NCBI GenBank assembly: GCA_002269645.1
Contig: NIVC01000428.1
Location: forward strand, 186,001-250,000
DNA length: 64,000 bases
Direction: 5' to 3'
Source: Macrostomum lignano
Lineage: Eukaryota
Below the pieces are notes generated by a model, which saw nothing but the letters and a program-made list of their open reading frames with translations, did no database searches and had not been told where the DNA came from. Below, one piece after another: positions 34,101 through 46,095 of the stretch; within the stretch, counting starts at the first letter, position 1; each line of letters opens with the position of its first letter. Position numbers and translations under genes: made by a program.

Positions 34101-37100
34101 TTTTAACCTATCCCCCGATATATAATATGTGCCCGCGATGTGTGGTAATATGCCGAAATGTACATGTACAAAATCAATAGTGTGTATATACGTCTGCATC
34201 GTTTTTGTCTATGTTTTAATAATACACACCTGCATTATACTGGCTTTCCATATGAGTGGCAACTCCTTTGTAACCTACAATTCGTTGGCTCAGTGTTAGT
34301 GGTATTTTGTAATTAAATTACTACGTCTAAATGTTGTATTATTATTGAATTCAATTATTATTGAATTTCACTCCTCATGTGCTAGAGAGGTCTAATTGTA
34401 ATATAATCTTGCTATTAATCTACCATCTCTACTGTAAGTAGACTGTGACTTGGTGTCTGGGCTCGAGTTGTGTACTCTTTGTATGAATGCATTCTTGGTG
34501 TGTAACTCCTGACCATCCCTTCCCTCTGGGAGCACTGCAGATAGACTAGTATGGCTTGGTATTCAGGGCTGGTGTGTGCACGTAATACTCTGTAATATTT
34601 ACCGGACTCGGGTGGGGAAGCTCGTTGTACGGCTCTCTCCGTGGGGTGTGATTCACCGCCTCTCTGTCCCGCGCCTCCTGCCAGGGGAGCTCTCTCCGCG
34701 GGGGTGACTTACACACTGCCTCTGTCCCGCGCCGCGTGCTGTGACATGCCGGGTAGCGTCCTCTATCTCCTACTGCCTCCACGCACTCTCTGTCCCCCTC
34801 CTGCTACAGGGGGCTGGTTGCTCGCTGTACAGGGCAGCGTCAGCATCTGGGTTTCCTTCCTGCACCGTCTACCCCACCACTATACTGACTAACCGCATGC
34901 ACACGACATTGGTGGGAGGGGTGGAGTTCCCCACTGACGGGTGTACACCTACTCGACGCTGAAGGTACACTTGCTGAACGCCCACCCTGTCAGATGTACA
35001 CTTGCTGAACACCCATCCTGTCAGATGTACACTCGCTGGACGCCCACCCTGCCGGGTGTACACCCCGCCGTCCCTTCCCTCCAGGAGCACTGCAAGTAGA
35101 CTAGTATGGCTTGGTATTCGGAGTTGGCGTGTGTACGTAATATACTCTTTGTAATATTTACTTGACCTGGGTTTGTAAGTTCTAATAACATATAAATGAC
35201 TACTGCTGACTAGTTGACGCATCTGGATGGTGTGATAAAAACTAGTAACGTACCGTGATTTCGAGAGAAATCCTAGCACAATACTGTTCTGTCCGGCATG
35301 TGGAAAAGTATTTGCCCCGCCTTCGCTTACTCATACTGCACACAGACAAAGCTTATCTCTATTAGCAATCTGTTCGTGGTGGTTTAGAAGGATACTGTCT
35401 TCCTGTATATAGCTCTCTATCCCTTCATCACTCGTAATAACTTCATAAATGCTCGCTTGACCAATGGCTGGTACTGAACTAATAATTCATACGATACATA
35501 ATGGTTAATACTTTCTAACTCCGTACAGCTCACAAGTTTCTACTCTCTACCTTATCAGTAACATTAAAATAAAAAGGTAAAATTTGCTGGTTTTGTGCCT
35601 TGTTTGCTTACTTTTCTATTAAAATACTTGCGGTTTATAATTGAAAATGTCTGCTTTTTATTCAATTTTATGTGGTTTGAAGGTTTATTTTTGCTAAAAT
35701 GCCTGGTTTCTTATAAAAATTTCTACTCTCGACAATGATTGTGTCAGCTATTTCATTAAAATAACCTACTTTTTGAATAAAACGTTGTATTTAAGCCCCT
35801 AGTTTTTTCAAAACATAATTGAAACAGCTTACATAGAGCATGCAGACCCCGAAACCCCTCTAGTGTGCCCTGATTTCAGCGGTCTGACGGTTAAGATCTG
35901 TATTTTTACACTATATTTTCCTTCATACAGCAATACAGGAGGGTATGGAAGAGTGAGTCTGGCGGGAGAGGGGGCTTGTGGGGTGATGAGGATGCGTACA
36001 CACAGTTTAGCCTGTTTTAGCCTACCTTTTGGGCTAATATACTTACTATTATTACTACCATTATACCTACTATGTACATACTATTATACTACCCGCTATT
36101 AAATATGCTGCACTAAAACCAACTTTTGAAAATACATAGCGTGTTTTGGTCTATTCTCCCTCACGTCTCTGTCCCTACACGTGCTCTGCCCGCTTTGGTC
36201 TCTGTTTGTGTACCTCTCTGTAACGTCTCTGTACGCTCAGACTGGTTTCTCCGTCCCCGCACGCGCCTCTACTAAAGTTTGCTGTTACCTACCCCTACAC
36301 ACTGCTCTCTGTCTCCCTCCGCGCACACCTCACTGCCCTTGCATGTAATTTGCATGCCTTGCATGCCCTGTCCTGCCCTCGCGTGGGTCCCTGCCTATAC
36401 ATAGCTACCGGACCCTACCTCTCTCTGTGCCTTGCTCGCAACTCTGTCCCAGGCTCCCCTTCATACTTCTCTGTCCCAGGCCCCCTTCATACTTCTCTGT
36501 CCCGGGCTGTAACTGGCTGACACGCGCCTCTCTGTTCCCCAGCCTGCGTGGCTGCCTACCCTGCACACTGCTCTCTGTCCCCCTCCGCGCCTCTCTATCA
36601 TCCTATTCCTGCAGCTGACCGTGCCGTTCAGCTCTGTCCACGCACGGCTCCACCCCTGCCCGTGTCTCACTGTACACTGCTCCCTGCTGCATGGCTCCCT
36701 TACCCTGCGCGTTTGCTTCCTATCTCCCTCCTGCTCCATATGTTTCTGTTCCCTCACACTACGCACACGTGGCTGGCTCTCTGTCCAAACACATCTCTGC
36801 TCCTCCACTCTATCCTCGCGTGGCCCCTTGACGGTTCGCATGCCCCTGCATACCCTGCCTGCCTCTCTGTCCCCTGCAACTGGGGAGGGAGCTCTCTATC
36901 CTCTGTATGGCTTTCTCTGTGGGGTGTGTGTGACTCACACTACCTCTCTGTCCTAGCATGCGCCTCTCTATCCGGCTCCTGCAGCAGGCTGTGTTATTCA
37001 CATCTCTTTCCACCCACCCTCTGCCCGTACACGCTCAGTGTACAGGGCTGCGTCAGCATCGGGGTTAAAACTTCTCGCTCCCTATGCTTCAACAGTATAA

Positions 37101-38450
37101 CAACCTAGTGGCTGGTTCTCTGTCCGCCCCACCCCTCTCTGCCCGTACACTCTCACTGTACAGGGCTGCGTCAGCGTTAGGGTTGAAACTTCTCGCTCCC
37201 TATACCCCACAACCGTGTAGTGTCCTAGTATGGGCGCGACCTGGGTTCGATTTCGCTAGTTGAGATGTAGGTGAGAGAGGGGAAGAGGCCCGTATCGATG
37301 ACTACATATCGGTGTACACACATATCGGGAGAGTGTACACTCGGGGTGCCTGCGGCATGGGCGCCTGCTGCATGGGCGCCTGCGGCTCGGGAGGGTGCGC
37401 TTGGGATCTGATTGATTTGGGATCTGATTGATTTGGGATCTGATTGATTTATTGGGATCTAATATCGGTAGGTGCGCCTGCGGCTGGGGAGGGTCGCGGG
37501 TTCGAGTCGCCGATATCGATACGGGTATCGATCACCTAGTGATCGGGGCGCCAGCCAATGAGAGGCGAGGAGGGTTGACACCCACCTCACCTCCAAAATC
37601 GCGCCATTCGGAATCCCTTAGTAGTGAAGCCCAGTCTGAGGATCTGGGAGGATGGCTGGCAGCCAAGCCCGAGGATCTGGGAGGGTAGAGGCCCCGTCTG
37701 AGGATCTGGCAGGGGCTGGCGGACCAGCCTGAGGATCTGGGAGGGTGGCTGGCGGCCCAGCCTGAGGATCTGGGAGGGTAGCTGGCGGTTCAGCCTGAGG
37801 ATCTGGGAGGGTAGAGGCCCCATCTGAGGATCTGGGAGGGTAGAGGCCCCGTCTGAGGATCTGGGAGGGTGGCGGCCCAGCCTGGGGATCTGGGAGGGTG
37901 GCGGCCCAGCCTGAGGATCTGGGAGGGTGGCGGCCCAGCCTGGGGATCTGGGAGGGTGGCGGCCCAGCCTGGGGATCTGGGAGGGTGGCGGCCCAGCCTG
38001 GGGATCTGGGAGGGTGGCGGCCCAGCCTGGATATGGGAGGGTGGCGGCCCAGCCTGGGGATCTGGGTGACTCAAGTCAAGTCCGGCAGGGCAGCTACTAG
38101 CTTACCTGCAAGTCGTATTTCCTGCCGTAGGACTTTCCACACACTCCGCACTCGTGCCTAACCAGCTCGCCGGTGTGTATTTTCATGTGAGCGCGCATGT
38201 TGTCCTTGCGGCTGAAGGTTTTGTAGCACTGGTTGCAGCTCCAGGGCCGGTCGCCGCTGTGTATCTTGGCGTGCCTCTCGTATTCGTATTTGAATTTGAA
38301 CACCTTCCGGCAGAAGCCGCAGGGGTATAAAACAGCGCCTGCGTCGGCTGCCTCGCTGCGAAGTCGCTCAGCTCGGCGGGAGATCTCCGACATTGGGTCC
38401 GGGTCCAGCACCACCGTCCTGGGGGCTGCCGGTGCCAGTGCCTCGCTCAT
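28150..38450 (-). CDS. C2H2 zinc-finger protein (4 fingers), two coding exons separated by a 9.4-kb intron
   Basis: Exon 38106-38450 (CGFC..HAKIH, CNQC..HMKIH, CGVCGKSYGRKYDLQ) splices GT-AG to exon 28150-28743 (VHERVHSGERPFQCASC..HQLIH), completing finger 3 across the intron. An acceptor at 38469-38470 suggests a further upstream exon. Confidence 0.88.
28790..28926. repeat. Minisatellite (GGCCCAGCCTGAGGATCTGGGAGGGT-like, 26-30 bp), left part
   Basis: Same unit and orientation as 37626-38065; it is the target array split by the pPolB element. Confidence 0.85.
28927..37625 (-). mobile_element. Polinton/Maverick-derived inverted-repeat element carrying only a recognisable pPolB gene
   Basis: Ends ACTACTAAGG / CCTTAGTAGT flanked by GAAGCC on both sides (28921-28926, 37626-37631; 6-bp TSD). 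Near-identical inverted block about 28958-29045 versus about 37507-37595, plus subterminal repeats. Internal protein-primed PolB. Confidence 0.85.
30457..33430 (-). pseudogene. Protein-primed DNA polymerase B (Polinton-type) with 3 spliceosomal introns and one frameshift
   Basis: N-terminal Cys/His region, ExoI YDFET, ExoII HNGSAYD, ExoIII YCLQD, VSR-like insert (VDG...QFHGCFYHGC), FGGRTE, motif A DV|VSLYP, motif B KIFLNS|LWGKF, motif C YADTDS|V, and C-terminal KR..SRPYGF. Introns at 31846-31912, 31215-31297 and 30850-30920. One-base frameshift near 30835. Confidence 0.92.
37626..38065. repeat. Minisatellite (GGCCCAGCCTG(A/G)GGATCTGGGAGGGT-like), right part
   Basis: About 16 degenerate copies filling the rest of the zinc-finger intron. 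Confidence 0.88.
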
Positions 38451-39526
38451 AGGTGTGGCAGTGTCGGTCTGGGCAAGAGTAGTAAGTCCAAAAGGTGAAA
38501 TTTAGCATCAGTTTCTCGTTCATTTATTTGAATGAGACTAAGTACAAAAGTACAAAGGGAGATCTGGCTGGATGGTTTAGAGGGGATCTCAGACGAGAGA
38601 GCTACGTAAGAAAATCTATCAAGAAACGTAATGATAAAAAAATTTAATAGATCTAAATAAACTAGACAAGATTCAGAAGTGAACAAAACTGAACTTAATA
38701 ACTTACGAGTACATCACAAGTATTTGCGAGAGAGAAAGTGGCCGATGGTAGTCTCATGCAATTATAGATGCTCAAAATGAAATGTTCAGAAATTTCCTTA
38801 ATGACTCAATTACTCAATTCTTACTCGTAACTTTAAATAAAGAATTACTGGTTTAATACAAGTCTACCGCTAAACTAAGTTTTTAATATTAGATAAGACT
38901 CCAATACTTAATTCAGAGTGCAGTCCGCAGGCGAGAGAGTTCAGGATCGGGATCGAATTTTAAACCTTAGTATTGATTTCTGAGCCTGCCTGAGGCTTGG
39001 CCTGCACGCAGAGAACTGGCGCAATTATATAATGTTGGTTAAGATTGGGCCTACCCCCAGGGGTGGAGGCTTGGAGGGGGCAGTCGGGCCAAATGGGACG
39101 TCTAGCTTGGCTGACTAATTTTGGGGCCCAGGCGGCGCGCGCGTGCCTGAGGTCCCGGCCCCGGGGGGGGGTAGGGGAATGGGGTGGCTGGCTGGCTGAT
39201 CATAGGGGGTTGGCCCGTACCAGACTGACTTAGGCGGCCCCACCCAGTGCAAATAAACAAAGAGAGCGCCGGCCAGGGGTGGTGGGGGCTAATGGCTGGA
39301 GGGCAGCCGCGGCCCCCCGCCCGCGCCGCCCCCCCCCCCCCCCGATTCAAAACGACAGATGGGAATGGAGGGAAACAAAGAGTCATAAAACTGAGGCGGC
39401 AGGCGTGTGGGATTCCCAGTCCCCTCGAATTGGGGGATTCTTTCCCTCCCCACTGGCGCCTCTTTGTATTAATTTATTGATATGAAGAAAAGTTACTGCA
39501 GGCGAGCTGCCATAACTCCAGCCCAT

Positions 39527-42500
39527 CCATAGTGCAGAAGGACGGGTGTACGACGGAAATTTCCGTCGTACATTGAGGTTGGTTGTCGTACATGTCGTAC
39601 ATCGTTCATTTTTGCAAGGGCTCTTTGTCGTACATGTCGTACCGTCGTTGGCCACACTGTCACTGTCGTACATCTCTGACTAGAAAGCTATATGCATAGG
39701 CATTTAAAAATACAATTTCGTTTTCATAATTAAATTAAATTTATTCAAAGTTCTTTTTACGAGGCACAAATAAAATATAATCTTGGCATACTTAATAATA
39801 ATTTTTTATTATGTGGCACCAAATTTCACATTTTTATATTCAAGGCCACACAAATGTGCATCCGTTGTTTTAATCTTAACCTTGTTTATTTCTTTTTTGA
39901 AATGCGTATCGTTGTATCGTGTTACTGGGAATTGAATTGTGAATGTGAATTAATTCATAATCATCTGATCTTGTAATTCTCGTCCTCCGGTCAGTCTCGT
40001 CTCTCGTGATCGTGATGTGATCTAAGATAAGATCTGATCTGACTAATGTCTTTTGTCTTATCCCTTATAACTTTTACTTTTCTATAATCTATGGCTATGC
40101 ACTCTGCACTGCACTAGCACTATATACTATACTACAAGCTACAACTAAAAGTAACTTTTAAGTTTTCTTAATTTGTTGCAAAACTTAAACTAGCAATTTG
40201 TAATTTTTCAACTTTGACAAGTAAATTTATTAGTAGTTAGTACGAGTAACAAGTTGAGTAATTAATTAAGTTGAGACTGTTGAGTTGAGTTGCATGTTGC
40301 ATTGTTGCAGTTGACTCATTGACTTTGACTGTTGACAAATGACAAGGTCAACTGTCAAGTGACACTTGTGACAGTTTGTTGTTTGAGACTTTGAGTTAGT
40401 GAAAGTGACTAGTGACTGACTGACTGGTCTGTCTGACTGACTGACTCGTGTCTCGTGTCTGTGTCTGTCTGGACATCTGGTGATTCTTTCAAGTTTATTT
40501 TTTAAACATTTTATCACTTTTACCTTCATAAATTAGTTCTAGAACTTCTAGTGTTCTGTTCTAATTCTAGTTCTTAACTTAACTTCTTGTTCTTAATCTT
40601 AGTTGCAAGTTTTTATTTTAAAAGTTCAAGTTGTCAGTTGTGTAATTTCACAATTTCAGTAATTGAGTTGACATTAGACAAGTTTATAAAATTATCTTAT
40701 CACTTTCTTTTAATAATTAGTAATTAATTAATTAAATGCATTTTTTATTTGTCAAATTTGACTTTACTTGACAAGTTGAAGTTGACAGTTGAGTACTTGA
40801 GTATTGAGTAAAGACATAGTAATTAAGTTGACAGCTATGGCTTATTGCTTGGCTTGAAACCAACAAATATTTCTTACGAAATAACAAGTAGAAGTAGCTA
40901 ATAGCCATCTAGCCAAGAGACACCAAGTTTTGCTTCGTTTCATGAAAGAAAAGAAGTGAATATATATAAATTAGGGCCTACTGCAAGTCTGCAACTAATT
41001 TGAGACAAAACTTCAGGTGCTTGGCAGCAACTTTAGCAAATACAACTTCCAAGTTGACTTGACATTGACAAGTGTATAAATTTATCTTATTACCTTTACT
41101 TTTAGTCTTTTAGTAATTCTAAATTCATAGCAAATTTTGCTATTGTATTGTATTGTAAGTTGACTAGATTGAGTAATTGAGTTGTATAAAATTATGCAAT
41201 TGATTATATTTGGTAGAGTTGAGTAGAACATTTGGTAGAGCTAGATTGTAGAATGGTACAGTATAGTATATGAAATTATTTTATAAAAAAAACAAAATAT
41301 ATTGAAATGTGCATTAATTATATCCTATTACTAAATGTCTAATCTTTATTTCCTAAATTTCTATAAGTATAATTATAATTATTTATTTAATTTTTGTAAA
41401 CAAAACCATATTTTTATTCAACTGATAACTAGTTTGGTTTATGCTTACTTATTGATTAGATTTGGTCATAACTAATAATACTAAATTAAATGCTGATTGC
41501 CAAAAAAATTAACTTGTCTTTCAGCTAAATTCAGCTATTCAGCATTTGCTTTTTGATTTATTGTGCCAAAATTAATCTCTATAATGTCTCGTAGCAGTAG
41601 CACATCAAGTTCTGGCTCTGAAGAAAATCAGTCTGAGACAGAGACACCACTAGCTGCAGCTTTGCAAGCTAGTATCCAGGACCAGGCTGACCAGGCAGAG
41701 CCAGAGGCAGTAGTAGAGAAGGCGAAGGCTGCTGAGTGTGCTTGGGCCCATATGCCAATCATGCAACAGGCACAGCGGCAACGCCAACAGCAACAGGCTA
41801 ATGTGCAAGTACAAGCAAAATCAAAGCGTCCACTGAGTTTGTCTCATGCAGCGTCTTCATCTGCACAAACTGAAGAGCCACCAACTAAGAAGCCTCGCGG
41901 AACTGTGTGTGACCCACATTACTGTGTGGATTGCCTTCAGCGAGGGCTTCCACTGTCCAACTGCCGCATTTATCGAAACAATGGTAGTAGCAGAAAAACT
42001 CATCGGAGTCGCTGGCACAAAGAAGACCCAGCCAATAAGATTTTAACATATTGCAGACCTGACCATGCTGATGTTCGCGACCTAATTGCTGCCAGGCCTG
42101 CCAATGAGAATGAGAAGCAGGTAAAAAAACGCATCACAAAGGCCATGGTCAGCCATGAGGTGCTGGAGGTTGAAAGTGCCAGTGATGAAGAGTCACCTGA
42201 ACGTCCTGAAGTTCCAATGACCACTGAGCCTGAGGCAGAGCAGCAGCAGTCTGAGGGACCAAAGACAAATCTGGTAGTAAACATTGAAGTACTGGAATCA
42301 TCCGCCGTTGACCAAAGATCCAGCTCATTTGTTAGGCAGCTTGCTGATGCTTCACCTATCCTTCCCAGTCCTGCTGAGGCTGCATCTACAGCATCATCAA
42401 GCACGTCAGGTCGGGATCTTTTGGCAATTGTCACTGGGCTGGAAATTAAAATGGCGGAGGCAGCCCGACAACTTGCCCTACTTCCGATTATACTAAATGT

Positions 42501-45500
42501 TGTTCGGGACTTGGCGCTGTCACAGGCTACCTCCAGCTCAAACTCTCGGGGACAAAACTTACCAAAAGTGCCGCCAATTGTGGCTAGCAACATGGCCGAG
42601 CTCCTGGAGAACGAGATGCTCGCCACAGCACCTTGCGGTGAGGACACAATTTTATACTGTGTCCCGTGCTACAACGTTTTAATGGAAGGCACGGCCTTCT
42701 CGCCAAAGTTGACTGTTGCGGAGAGGCACAGCACTTTGTAAGTCCATTGTATGTACTTTTATCTAACAGGCAATAAGACAATCCAGTTGGCCTTTTCCAT
42801 TTATTTATTATAAACTTTCATTTCTCTAACTTCTTATAGAAACCCCAAGTCGATGGGCACGCTTGCACGAGGGCAGCTCATTACAAAGCTGGAAATGACT
42901 GAGATCCTTGCGTGTGGCGAGGCATTCTCCCGGCTTCGTTATAGGATAGTGAAACATCTCTCTGGTATCGAGGCTGTCGGCCATGTGAAAGCTATGAAGA
43001 AGTATGCGGACCGCAAGATTGAAGAGAAGCGCGTCTCAGGAACTGTTCGGCGCCTTTTGCGTTGCTCTGTTGCCAATATCGAATCAGCGTCAGCTAGTAA
43101 GCACTATGAGACGTTCGTGAGCATGCTTTATCGGTCGGACGCTGAAGTTGGCCAGCGGGGCCACGGCCGGTATGTACCATATTATGTGGTTTGTATCTGT
43201 ATGCCATTAGCTAAGCTATGGTTATTTTGTACGCTATTTGTTAATTTACCACCCACTATGCATCCAACTAGGGAGTTTAACAAGGAGTTGTGGTCGTTGT
43301 TTGAGGTCACCGCTGACAAGTATACGGCTGAGTTCCTGCAGACCCCACTGCCGTCCACCGGATGTCCTCCCTGCTACGCCATTGCTTGCGACAAAAGCAC
43401 ACCAGGTCGCATCACTAACCAAGCTGTTATGGTGTTGGCCAGGTAAGTAGGGAGGAAGAAGGAAAAGTAATGTACATTAGGAGTATCCGCCACTTAAATA
43501 TTACTTTTACTACCTCCTTAAAACGGATAACCCCTAACAGGTGCGAGACTGGTGACGCCGTTGCTATCCCAGGTGGCGCCCCGGCCGTTTATTCCAAAGA
43601 GATGGACGGCAGCGGCCCCGTTCTGGTGCAGCGGCTTTTTCAAGGTCTGGCGAACTTTGATTTGCCCATTGATCGTCTTGTGGGCGTCATTGCCGACGGG
43701 CAATATCAAACTGCGCCTTTTAAAACGGCAATATTTGAGAAGCTGAAGGAGGCCGGAGCCGACTATGAGATCCCAATTAACTGGGACCCGGCCCACTTTA
43801 TAAACCTGGCCGTGACTAACGTGCGCGATAGTGACGACGGAGAGGCGTTGCAGGATTTTATTGACAGGGCAAACCTGTTTCCGCATCTTTTTGGCCACGG
43901 GCGTGGCCGTTCGGCTTTGGAAGTAAGTATGCAACCTGAATGTCTAACTGAATAGTTTACCGAGGGTTTTAGATATACGTTTGCTATAAAACTACTCCAA
44001 ATTCTTTGTTTGTAAAAAAACAGATTGCTTCCGAGGACCATGCCGGAGCAATTTCATCATTTGCCTCGCAGCGCTTTACCAGTTCAGCCATGAACCAATG
44101 GCAGACCATCTTTCGCTGCTACGGCGATCTGCATGCCGCATTTCGAGCCGAGAAACCACGAGTCAGAGATAACGACCCACAGCCGTACATAATGTTCGGA
44201 TTTGATTTTGTGTGCGACTTGTTGGGCTACCTGGATCTCTTTGCGCCAATCAAGTAAGTTGATTTATATGCCTTGTGGGTAGTAAAATTACTATGGGATC
44301 AACTTTTTGATTACCTACTTACTCCAAACACATAACACTTGCACAGAGCTCTTATGGAGATTGCGCAGAATCTTCAGCTGCCCCACTGGAAAGTGTCTAC
44401 CTTATGGCCATTGGTAGCTGAGTTCCTCCATGTCCATGCAGAGCAGTTTCGTAGTGAGGACTACCCCACGCTGCATGAGCACATCGACAATCTGCACGTT
44501 GGTGGCACATTTGATGGCGTGACTCTGCTGGACGGCTGGCTCAAAGTAAAAAAGCCGGTTGCTGGCTCTGCCTCTGACCAGGATCAGTGGCGCGCTCGAG
44601 ACATGGAGGTAAGCTTGTGCAATCATTATATTATGTACTCTGCCAAAGTTACCATATTCTCCTTTGTGCTTCATTATTCAGCTCCATCCTTCTTCCTCCT
44701 TCCTCAGGACATTGCACGTGATACACAGAAGCTTGCCGGGGCACTTCACCGCAGCTTCGTTGCTCGCATTCAACGCTGCTGCGACCCGAGCACCTCTGAT
44801 TGTGCCTCCTTCGATGCAGCTGCCATCATCCGTGCCATTGCATGCAGGGACCCTGAAGTTGCAGCAGAAGAGTTTGCAGACCAGTGCGCTCCCGCCTTTA
44901 AGCGGCTTGTGACCGAGGCAGTCAAGCATAAGCACCTGGCTCATCTGAAAGTTCCCATGGCCCGAAGGTGAGCTCCTTCACAATCAAAACTATAAATGCA
45001 CTGGTACTATAACTAGTGTGAGGCTGGAAATCACATATTTCAAGACCACTTTGCTACAGAAAAATGTAACGAAATCGAATTGTATTTAATTTTATTTTTT
45101 GTCCACTAAACTTAGGTATGCTGCGAACTTTGTGGACACTATACGCCACGTCATTTTCACGGGTGAAGGCCGCAGTAGCTGGCTGGTGCCTTCCATCAAC
45201 GGGCCACTGACGGATTTAAAAGTAGCAGCACCCACTTTGGCACGTCAGTTATTGCTGCATCTATCGGGTTCGACAGCAGGTGGTGAATTTTCATCTGTTG
45301 TGGTGGACGAAGCAGCAGTTTATGCGTCTTTCTATGCCGACCCAGACGTTTTCCAGCGAGCCGGCCCTGCAACATGTGCACTACTTGATTTTGCACTACA
45401 CCGAGGTGGCACTGGTGAGTTGCAAATTCCAGTTGCTATCTACAAATTAACTAATGTCACCTTGGGCAAGTCAGTCAGATTTGATCAGAATTTCATCTAC

Positions 45501-46095
45501 ATATTTTTCCGCCTTTTTCTTCCAGAAGCGATTGTCGAGAGCTTCTACTCGACTATGCGGTCGCAACAGCAACAGGGAGGCCAAACCAACGACACCCTTC
45601 AGCTTCGCGCTAAGTTAGCTTGGTTGCTACCACCCATGGGCGGCGATGCATGCGAAGAATTTCTCGACGACTCTGCGAAACTTTTTTTTAAAGGCGACAA
45701 AAGCCGTGGGATTCGTCCACATTGGAGTCCGTTTTTTGCTGCCAAAACTAAGGACGCCATCGGCAAGGTGCTGCAGAGGCGCGCAGCAGCTGTTTCCCGT
45801 GTGCCATTCATCGGCCGTCGGAAGCAGAAGCCCAAAGACGGCGACAATAATGCCAATTGATAAATTCATTTAATTGAATCATTCATAATTAATATTACTT
45901 CAATTACTTGTAAACTTGTTATTACCACTTACAACTTATTATTACTCTTTGTCTGGGTCGGGAGTATGTGGGTTTCTGCATTGTAGTTTGTCGTACAAAA
46001 AAAAATTACTTAGTTCACTTGTGTCGTACTGTCGTACAGCAGGCTAAAACTGAAATTTGCCTTCCGTCGTACACAGAAATCCTTCTGCACCATGG
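39527..46095 (+). mobile_element. hAT-superfamily DNA transposon, apparently full length (6569 bp)
   Basis: TIR CCATAGTGCAGAAGGA / TCCTTCTGCACCATGG; perfect 8-bp TSD CAGCCCAT (39519-39526, 46096-46103); clustered GTCGTACA subterminal motifs at both ends. Confidence 0.92.
41584..45860 (+). CDS. hAT-like DDE transposase, 9 exons, about 1140 aa
   Basis: Exons 41584-42737, 42840-43169, 43272-43442, 43541-43922, 44024-44253, 44347-44608, 44708-44967, 45116-45414 and 45526-45860 sum to 3423 nt (1141 codons) with compatible phases. Motifs ACDKST (D1), IADGQY (D2), WDPAHFINLAV (CxxH-equivalent), SQRF (RW-equivalent) and TEAIVESFYS (E). Confidence 0.85.

Noticed and set aside
37215-37260. Pol III (VA-RNA-like) gene in the pPolB element
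   Set aside because: Only a B-box-like GGTTCGATTTC is present; there is no convincing A box at proper spacing and no terminator.
39000-39520. GC-rich block flanking the hAT (and 46440-47700) as a separate transposon
   Set aside because: No TIR pair, TSD or ORF could be matched by eye.
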